From Chrysomallon squamiferum (Eukaryota > Animalia > Mollusca), in NCBI GenBank assembly GCA_012295275.1, contig CM022671.1, positions 3,844,001 to 3,908,000 of the forward strand: a DNA stretch of 64,000 nt. Reading direction: 5' to 3'. Shown here one piece after another: positions 53,091 to 64,000 of the stretch (its first letter is position 1; each line of letters opens with the position of its first letter). A model generated the notes under the pieces. It was not told the origin of the DNA, did not search any database, and saw nothing but the letters and a program-made list of their open reading frames with translations. The position numbers were made by a program, and so were the translations under genes.

Positions 53091-53966
53091 ATGTAATTAA
53101 TTTTTCTGTTTTTTTTTTTTTTTTTTTTTTTACCTGTTTTTTGTTACAAATCTTAATTAAAACAATTTATATAATTAAAGCTGATCCAGGAATAGTTGCC
53201 TAAGTTTTGATTAGTCATTATTAATACTTTAGTTATATTCATTGGGCTGTTTCCCATTCAAGCTTGATCTTCACAACTAATTCATCAAAAACTAATTTTG
53301 TCAGTATTTACATTTTGAGAATCTAGCACATTTTGTGATTCTGAAATATTTTTAGAAAATAGTTCTGTCTTCAAAAATACAAAAATAAAATGCATTTGAG
53401 CAAATTGATTAAGATCACTTATCTATCAACAGTTTTTTGAAGATATAATGATGCAAATTACAAAGAGAATTTGTTAAATATTTTATGAAATTTCATATTT
53501 GTGTCATTTACATTATTTAATCAGAAATCAATAACAGATTTAAAAAAATAAAAATCTGTTCAATAAAAAATAATAATAAAAAAAATTAATAAGAGAAAAT
53601 GAGTATCTAAAATAATATAATGTTATACAGTACAACAAAAAAGGAAGAACATTATTTTTAAAAAGATACAGTGATATATAGTAGTTAATTGTTTTCTATT
53701 TTCTGTTATCATGTTTTAAAAAGAATAATCAGTTCATAATTTTTTACTTGTTGTCAATATGAAATTAATCATATGAACTTTACACACCTGTATTTTTGGT
53801 CTATAATTCTTTTATAATTTATAAATTTTATTATTAAATTTTGAATTTTATTTTTTAAAAGTAAATTATTATATATATATATATTATTAATAAGTATATA
53901 AAAGTAAATGTATTTGTTATGTCATGGAAAAAGTAATAATAAATAAAAATAATAAAATGAAAGTAT

Positions 53967-54008
<42 letters not shown>

Positions 54009-55701
54009 TAATAAATAAATAAATAAAAATAATTTCTAAGAACATGTGAACTAAAATATTGAATAATTTCAGGATTTAATGATGTTGGTAAGTTGAAGGA
54101 TAATTTTTTTTTGTTTATGTATTAAAATATTTTGTCTGAATTAACAAATGTAACTTGATGCACTAAAGTACTGACTGGATTTTTTTTTTTTTTTTATTAA
54201 AAAAAAGGAATGTAAGAAAAAAAAGAAAAAAGTAATCACAAAAAAAAAAAATAACAAATATAAAAGGATTTTTGATTTTTTTTAAAGTTTCATTATGTTT
54301 CTAAATTGAACTATTGTGTTCAGGTATGTTATCTGTTTTTATACTGTATTAAAATGTTTTGTAAAAACACAATCCTTGCACAAGTTTAAATGTTTTATGT
54401 ACCCACAAATGTTTTCTTAAGTCAAACCTAACCCATGCTCATTTGAATTGTTTTAATTGTTCGTAAATAAACCCTACGCACAAAACATATGTTAAAATGT
54501 TTAAAACATTGTCTTAAACTAACTGTCAGTTTTCAGTTTTCAATAGTGCTATAAATATTAATATATTTATTTAATACAGTTGCTAAAGATTACAATTTGA
54601 TTAAGAAGGAAATTTTAATTTAAAAAATAGAAAATTATACAAGTTGTAAAATAAAGGAGATGTTTTCAACAATATTTTTTTAAATATAAGAATAAAAAAA
54701 AAAAAATTCTGTATTAAAATAATTTATAATAAAAAATACAAGGAAACAGCATTTTTAAATTTTGAAAATCTATTTCAGAAAAAAATATGTAATTACTTTT
54801 AGGCTATATTTATATTCTCATTTATTATTTTTATTTCATTTATGCATTACTTTATTATTATTTTTTTTATATTACTATTATTTATTTATTTATTTTATTA
54901 TTATTATTTTTATTTTCATTATTTTGATTATCACCAGAATTTTTATTTGGTAATAGAACAAATGTTTGGAAGACTTCAACCAACAATTTTCCTCTTTATT
55001 ATTATTATTATTATTATTATTTTTTCCATTTGTTAATACTCTTTATTGTTAAATCTTTTAAGATAAAAGTTTTCATAATTTAACAAGTGTTCATGAAAGT
55101 GAAATTTGTGTGCAAGTTTGGCACCTGGATTTGCACATGACATCATAACATGCAGTGTGAGATAAACATACGAATGTAAATTAATGTGTTTAAAAAGTAT
55201 TTTTATTTATTTCAGTGTCATTTATAATTATATTGCTATTTTACATTGTTACTTTGCCAGCTTTTAGTGTAATATTTTTAATTTATTGTTTTATTTTGTT
55301 AATAAAATTTTATTTATAAAAAAGTCTGGTTTATTTATTTATTCATTTTCATCTTTTTTACCTTTTTCTTTAGTTGTTATATGCTAAGTATCATTTAAGT
55401 ACTTTTTGCAAAAATATTACAAATTATTTTATTTTTTCAAAAAATATTACAAATTTTTTTTATGTTTATAATAATGTGTTTTATCTATTTGTTTATAATT
55501 ATTATGATAAAAATTTAATATTTAATATTTTTATTTATTTATTTTTTATTTATTTTATTTATTTATTCTAGAAACCTTTGCTTTATTTCTTTCTTTTTTT
55601 TTTTTTTTGCAGTGGTGTTCATTTTGAATAGTATTTAAATAAAAATATTTATGTTATTATTATTTTTTTAATATTATTTACTGCAGTGTAATTAAAATAT
55701 T

Positions 55702-56030
<329 letters not shown>

Positions 56031-57348
56031 CATCACCATTATTATTATTATTATTATTTATTTATTTATATATTTATTTATTTTTATAACTTTATCTCCT
56101 CATTTGACAAGATATTTATTTTTGTAAAATTATTGTTATTATTATTATTATTAATTTTTTATTTATTTATTAATTTATTATTTTTGTTATGGTAATATTA
56201 AATTTAATCTGAAAGTTGTGTATACAGAAGTTTTCTATTTTGTAATAAATATATTCAATTATTACTAGTTGTGTTATTACAAGCCAGCATTAATTACACT
56301 GACATGTTGCATCTTAATGCAATTTGTCCGAGTTGTTTTAAAATTACTTTTAATGCTGTGTTCAGACTTTAGACATTCCGAGCAAAAACCCACACAGATT
56401 GAGTCTCCATCGTTACCGTTGCTCCATCTATAATACACCATCATTAATAAATTGATTAATTAATCTAATTATCTTTTGAATAATTTATATTAAACAAAAA
56501 CTTGGAAAAGAGCAGTCCGTCGCAATAACTATGTTAATTTACAAAAGTTATAAACATTTATAAACATACAAAAGAGAATGAACTGCATTTTGTTTTTAGT
56601 TTCTTATGAACATTATTTCATTTTCATCATGATTATTTGGTTTTATTTAGTTTTTTATTTGTTTACTGTCTGCCAATTTATTTATTTTTTCTTCTTTTTT
56701 TCTTCCTTTTTCTTTTTTTATTATTTAGTCTTTCTTCTTTTTTAAATTTTTGTCTTAGTTATGTTTGCCAGCTTTATTAACAGAAAAATAAACGATTCAA
56801 ATACGCCAACATTTCATTACCATAGTCACGTAAGACTGAGTCACCATGAAATCGTTATTGTTTTGAAGTTAACGTAATATGAAGTAAATGCAATCGTTTT
56901 ATTGCCTTGATTTTTATTATTTATTTTTAATAATAATACTGTGCAGTAATAATAAAAACAACAACAACAACAACAAAATAATAATAATAATAATAATAAA
57001 TATGTGAATTAAAATTAAACAATAGTAATAATAATAAGAAATAAATAACAGTAACAACAACAATGATTATAATTTATTTTCGACGCTTTTCGTATTTCAA
57101 ATAACAGATTGTCCGCTTGTATACTAAACAGCCTCAGAGACTGAAACCAATATCTCATTGTTCTTTTTTCTTCTTCTTCTTTTTCTTCTTCTTCTTCTTC
57201 TTCTTCTTCTTCTTCTTCTTCTTTCTCGCTATAAATTTTAAGCAGTAAGATGGAACACTCGCTTTGTGTATTGTTCTTCAGTGGATTCTGTATGTTTCAT
57301 ACAGTCGATCGTGTATCTGAGAAACAAATGAAATGTTAGGTAATCCAA

Positions 57349-57428
<80 letters not shown>

Positions 57429-57702
57429 GTGAAAGGACTGCAGCTAACGGTGATGTGTTTATCTGAAAGGAGTTGCTTTGTGGATCTGTACAAACTAAAA
57501 GGACACTGGCTTCTTTGTCAGTATCAAGATGTTAGATTTTGGTTTAAATGTGCGAGGTTTTTACTTTATTATTTACATTCTCCTTTATTCTCTTTTTTTT
57601 GTTGTTGTTGTTGTTGTTGTTTGATAATCTTACAATTAATATCATGGTTTCAAAACTGGTACCTTTCATTAATAACAACTGTTATTATTGTTATTGTTGT
57701 AA

Positions 57703-57764
<62 letters not shown>

Positions 57765-57880
57765 GATTAAAATAAACAAGCAAATAGCCCACAAAATAAA
57801 TAGAAAGAAAGAACTAAAACATAATACCAACAATAAAAATGCTATTTATATATTTTATTTTTGTTTTTGCTTTTTGCTTT

Positions 57881-57938
<58 letters not shown>

Positions 57939-58259
57939 GTTATTATTTATTTATTTATTTATTTATTTTATTTTATTTTTTTGTAGTTTTTGTTCATTTA
58001 ATATTTTATAATTATTTTATAGATTATTGTCTGGTATATTTCAGTCTACTGGGATTATTGGTCATATTAATTTACAACAATTCACTTTATCTATAAAACC
58101 ATGTTTATTTTATTAATTTGACTCTGAAAACCATGAAATCAAATATAAATGGAAAAGCTTCGTGCATTCCACATAGCCAAAAAAAAAAAAATAAAAAAAA
58201 TAAAAATAAAAATAATAATAATATAAAATATATATGTGTATATATAAATATATATGTAA

Positions 58260-58313
<54 letters not shown>

Positions 58314-58734
58314 TGATAATGAATAAATACAAATAAATAAATAAAAATTAAATTAAATTTAGAAACAAAAACAAAAACAACAAACAATCAAACAAAAGAA
58401 GAAGAACAAGACAAAGAAAGAATCGGATATTTTCGTTTATTTTAAAATTTTTAAGGCAAAACGTTTCGCTTGAGAAATTATGATGTCAGAGTTTCAATAT
58501 TACAGCACTGTTTAATATTAAAATGCAGTCAATAGATATTGAAGCTAACCAGTTTCCAGTTTTACATTTTACAGTGCTATTTGTAGAATAAGTATTTCCC
58601 TCATCCATATTCGTTTGTAGAGCTAAAAAGTGTTTGTAACAAAATCGGAGTTATAATTATATTTATATTTCTATGATCGTAAACCAGTTTAGTAAAACTG
58701 AAGTATCTTTTGGAGAAACACAATTCCAGTACTG

Positions 58735-58797
<63 letters not shown>

Positions 58798-59056
58798 GTC
58801 TTCTTTTTCCGTTTTTCTTTTTTTTTTTTTTTTTTTTTTATTATATTTTCCTTTTATTTATTTTGTTTTGACAGTTTATTGTTGTTGTTATTATTATTAT
58901 TGTAACTTTAAACAAGTAGAGTATAATTATTAATTAATAAAACATATAAATAAAGAAATAAATAAATAAAATGTCCATCTTTGCTCATCAAAATACGACT
59001 TTTATTTTAAAGGTAAATAAGTAACCAAGTAAATAAGTAAGTAAGTAATATGAAAA

Positions 59057-59088
<32 letters not shown>

Positions 59089-60099
59089 ATTCAATGTATT
59101 CGAAAATTAATTTTCTTCTGTTACTAATATCTAGAAAAAAATAATAATAATAATAATTTAAAAAAAAACAAAAAAAATAATAAAATAATAATAAAAAATA
59201 CACTGTTTTGCTAAACTCCAGTTTATTTTTCACTGAGAGTACAACTATGGATCACAGACAGGTAATACCCAAAGCGTCCATTTTCTGAAATGAAGAATAC
59301 ATAGTTAGGTTCCTACAGTACACAGAACAGAAGAAAGTTAAAGGAATAGTGACACAAAATTTGCAGAATTATTTGCACGCAACTGTAATGTTCACGGTAC
59401 AAAAGAATTTTAAAATAGTTTGTGAGAAGGAAATCATTAAAAGATAACAGATAATTTCTTTTGTGAGCTCTCTCTTTCTCTCATACAGAGGCGTCAGTGT
59501 ATTTACTTTTACTTTCTCTCACTCAGACACACGTTTGTCTTTGTCTGTCTGTGTATTTATCTGTCTCGTACTTACTTATACGCACTATCTTTCTCTCTCA
59601 TCAAACATCAGTATAAAAATACAACGTAACGATACTGTAATTGATTTTTTTTTTTTTATATCTTTTCTTATTTTCGATTCTCCTTCTTGCGTACCTTTTA
59701 TAGTCAGTTTATTTTCTTTTCTTTTCTTTTTTTTATTTATTTCTTTATGTATTTTTTTTTTTTCTCTTTTTTTTTTTTATAACCGATGATAAACATTTAT
59801 CATATTAAAATAATTTGTTCCTTATTTTATTTTATTTTTAATTTAATTTTAATTTAATTTTATTTTATTTTATTTTATTTCTTTCTCGTAATAACAAATT
59901 TCATTTCATTCCGTTTAATTTTTTTTTTTTTCATCGAATTTAACTCTTCGTTGTTTAAAACTGATCACTTGACAACCAATGTGTCAGTCTTGTAACGACA
60001 CTAAAGTGACCATTTAAAAAAAAAAAAAAAATGACCATCTCTGACTAGACATCGGACATGCACACAAAACAATCCCTAAGTTGACTTTCCCACAAGTAA

Positions 60100-60720
60100 T
60101 TGTACGAGTTTTTACAAAATATTTATTACTCGCTAATAAAACGCTGGCTTCGCTCAGAATTCTTTCATCGTCTTTCACCGCCTTCAGACGCGATCTTTAT
60201 CACGGACAACAAAACCGCCGGTCAGTTGTCCACCCCTGGCCACTGTTTAAAAACCCATGGCAAGATACTATCGGCGGCTGACCATCATTACGTCACAGCT
60301 ATCGTCAGGCTTTTGATTTCCATCTCTTCGCTTATTGCGCTCGATGCATCCCCGTGAAAACAAAGTCAGACTGCTACCATGTGCAAGGTGTCACCGCACC
60401 CAGAAGCCAACTCCTCTCGACCGCTACCTGTCAGTCGTTGATAGCATCACGGAATGTCTATGACGTCGAAAAACACAGCCGTTACGTCACAGGCGATGGG
60501 CTGAATGGCAGCCGGCGCCATTGTTAGGTGGCGCTGATGAAATTAAGTTCCGCGGTTAATAATACGTGTGTGGAGATAGGCTGATTTTCCTGCCGTCCGA
60601 AAGTGTTCAATGTTTAGTGTCACGTTTTATTCTCTTACCGCATCTTCAGTCACAGTCGTTTCACTTGGGCGTAGTTACGACGTGAAAACAGTTAATATTT
60701 ACGAATAATAATTGTCTAAA
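60100..60720. promoter_or_regulatory. GC/CpG-richer non-coding island with CRE-like and CTCF-like motifs
   Basis: TTACGTCACAG at 60288 and 60482, TGACGTC at 60461, AGGTGGCGCTG at 60526; microsatellite-free; no convincing ORF. Confidence 0.4.
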
Positions 60721-60920
60721 GCACTCCTCACGGATAATTGTCCAATCACACTGCAATTACGCGAATCAACACCATGATTTACTGAAAACGTTTAACGTTC
60801 TCTCCTTCGTTTACCAACACTCACAGATAGACAGATAGACAATCAGACAGACAGACAGACAGACAGATATTTAATTAATGTCTTACCTAATTGTAGACAT
60901 TCAAATCTTTAAGGCTCACC

Positions 60921-60965
<45 letters not shown>

Positions 60966-61214
60966 TATACACATTTTTATATTAGATACATTATTTATAA
61001 AAAGTACTTTGAAATTAAATTATTGTAATAATAAAACACACAGGCATGCCTTACGTAATAATAATGATTAAAATATTTTATAACTTTTTTAATGTTTTAT
61101 TTTATTTTATTTTATTTATTTTATTATTTTTTTTAAAGATATTTTGTTGCCCAAGAAAAAGAATTGATAATAACGTGATCTTTTCACTTTATTATTATTA
61201 TTATTATTATAATA

Positions 61215-61297
<83 letters not shown>

Positions 61298-62039
61298 TTG
61301 GATTACTAGCATTTCATTTGTTTCACAGATATTCGATCGACTGTATGAAACATGCAGAATCCACTGAAGAACAATACACAAAGAGAGTGTTCTATCTTAC
61401 TGCTTAAAATTTATAGAGAGAGAGAAAAAAAAAAAAAAAAAAAATAAAATAAAGATATTGGCTTTAGTCTCTGAGGCTGTAATTAATAACAATATATACA
61501 TGCACTGACATACAAACAAATACATACAAGCACGCATGCTTGTTTCAAGTGAGGGTTGACATTTTAAAATGAGTGTATTTATTTATTTGTTTGTTTGTTT
61601 GCTTTTTGTTGTTGTTGTTGCTGTTGTTAAATTCAGACCTTAATACAAATTTAAATCTTATTTACAGGACAAAAGATTTCTCTGTCTCAGTATCTGTCTG
61701 TCTCTGTCTAGAACTTTGACATACAAACATTGACAACATATTTTTAAGTGTAATTATTTTTGTTTGACCATGACAAGCGTGCCTAAACCTTCAGTTGATT
61801 TAAGCCTGTTTTAGATGGTCAATGATTGATGGCTATTTTGAGTACGTCTATAAATAACTTGGATACAAATTGTGACAGCACAGACAGAGAAAACAAGAAA
61901 CGGCAAACGGAACAGAGCATTAATTTATTTCTCATCACTGCTACACTCAATCAAAATTGTTTTTGCGCCATATGCGATATTTGGCTGGACCATCATTTGA
62001 TGTAATCCTACCCTTCAAAGACGAACGTTCTCGCGTTTG

Positions 62040-62260
62040 TCTAATCTACGAATTATGCCAAGTAGAATAGCCTCCCCTTGCAGTGACGAGGCTTATCACG
62101 TGACCTGTGGGTCAGCGGTCACCTGACCTACGCCATTTGTCTTGTACGATGAGAGACTGCGCGAGACACACGACAGGCTCGTGCACGTGCTGTGTGTCAA
62201 AGGTCAGCTGGCCACCTTGACCAGTCGAACAATGGGCACCGATGTCCGTTTCTGGACAGA
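62040..62260. promoter_or_regulatory. Enhancer-like island with E-boxes and nuclear-receptor half-sites
   Basis: TCACGTGACC 62096, GGGTCA 62109, GGTCACCTGACC 62117, CACGTG 62184, CAAAGGTCA 62198, CCTTGACC 62215. Confidence 0.35.
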
Positions 62261-62888
62261 TACAGATATTAACACAGGAAACAGAAAAACAGATGGAGAG
62301 GGTTTTCGACATTTGTGATGGCTATTAAAAAAAGAAATAACTTCTTGACAAATGGTTAAAAAGTATAATTGCTAATTTAACCATAGCAACCCCTCAGCGG
62401 AGAGTTGTAAACGAAAGACAGGTGGGGGTGTGTCCAAAAAAACACCCCCAAAACACAAAACTCCCACCACTAACGATGTTATCAAACAATAATTCTGGGA
62501 CAATAAAGCTTTTCAATTTTCCTTTATGGCCAAAGAATGTTGACTGTTTTATTGCAGTTTTTTTAATGTCCCCAGCGTTGTTCGTATTGTTTCTGCTTAA
62601 CAGTAAAACCTATAATTTTATCGCTTTTTTTTTTAACAGTAAATCTGAATTTACAAATTACAAGGTAATTAAAGTCAGTGAGTAAAGGAAAGTTTGTTTA
62701 ACGTCACCTTAGAGTGCCATCTTAATAACAATAAAATGTCAAATATATTTATTTGTTTGTTAGTTTATTTATTTATTTTAAATAAATGACATTTTCAGAT
62801 TTGCGGACATCTTAAAAAATAATAATAAAGAAAAAAGATTACGACATACTGATCTTGATTACGTATAACACACAGCAGATTAATTCAT

Positions 62889-62928
<40 letters not shown>

Positions 62929-63379
62929 ATGTAGGTTTATGAATTACCAGTAATGTTTACACGATTAAATGACATTATAACATGCACTTAAAATAAATAA
63001 ATAAATAAATAAATAAATAACAAACAAACAAACAAACAAAAAAAAAAACAAAAATGAATGAATAAATAAATAAAAATAATAAAATAAGAATTATGAAAGC
63101 ATTAATCATGCCTGTGTAAAAATGACAATGAATCCAGCGAGTTTGTAAAATTTAAATGATGTAACATGCACGTGATACATTTATTTATTTATTTATTTAT
63201 TTATTGTTGTTGCTATTATTATTATTATTATTATAATCATCGTCTCCTTTTTTTCATTCTTTAATTTTTTAATTATATTTTAATTTTAAATGAACACAGA
63301 CTATGACATAACATCGAACGTGTTTGTATAAAATTAAGCGTAAATTTTAGTGAATAATATGCAAAACCAGTTTAATGAA

Positions 63380-63575
63380 GGGGGATTAGTTTTCATCAAA
63401 CATGTATTACAAAATCAAGAGATATTTCTAACATGTATAACATCCACCAAAATTAATCCCGCAGTTTTTTTCTAAAGAGAGGAGATCAGCTTTCATCAAA
63501 CGTGTTTTCCAAAATTAAGTGGTGTTTCTAACATGTATAGTATTCACCAGACTTAATCCCCCAACATTTTTTTTA
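63380..63575. repeat. Degenerate ~100-bp tandem duplication
   Basis: ttcatcaaac...tttctaacatgtata...cacca...ttaatccc occurs at ~63390 and ~63492. Confidence 0.65.
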
Positions 63576-64000
63576 ATGAACGAAGGCTTAGCACTGATGT
63601 AGTGTGTGCAAAAAAATCAAGCGGTATTTTTTAATATTAAACAAAACGTTCCAGTGAAAAAAAAATCACAGCCCGTCATGATTTTAAATTGTCTGCAACG
63701 CCAAGTGGACAAAAACTTGGGAGTTCGCTAAGCAATAAATTAATCGTTGATTAACTGTCATCACATCCACACGATTACGAGGCTTATGGAGTTTAAGAAC
63801 AATTATTCTTATCATTTTTATCTTCTAATTTCCTCAGACCCTTTCAGTCGCGGACTATCACCGCTCAATGAAGCAGAGAGCCAGAAGCGAAGAATCTTTA
63901 AACAGCGTTAAAACAAGCATGTCCGTGTTTGCAAAACAACAGATCGTCTTGAAGAAAAGAGAGAGAAAAAAAAAAAAAAAAAAAAAAACTCTTGTCAAGA

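Overview
Eukaryotic (metazoan) genomic DNA, very AT-rich and saturated with (ATT)n, (TACA)n, (CA)n and (ATTT)n microsatellites. The style and gene content suggest a mollusc, probably an octopod cephalopod (inference). Five intron-containing genes can be assembled by hand from splice signals and phase continuity: (1) an alpha-carbonic anhydrase (+) with an intact Zn site and a ~490-aa disordered C-terminal tail; (2) a divergent, compact DEG/ENaC channel (+); (3) a secreted horseshoe-crab Factor C-like serine protease zymogen (+; Cys-rich, EGF, 4 CCP, trypsin-like domain; no LCCL or C-lectin), with a 1-nt frame discordance at exons 8/9; (4) an ankyrin-repeat/SOCS-box protein (-); (5) NAD-isocitrate dehydrogenase subunit gamma (+), head-to-head with gene 4 and containing a GC-AG intron. 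Also present: a deleted Tigger/pogo element, a deleted hAT (Charlie/Buster) element with an 8-bp TSD, a foldback MITE, a 1.8-kb 25-bp minisatellite, and GC-richer motif-dense non-coding islands near 60-62 kb. Most ORFs in the supplied track are microsatellite artefacts. No database searches were run; family comparisons rely on recalled reference sequences.
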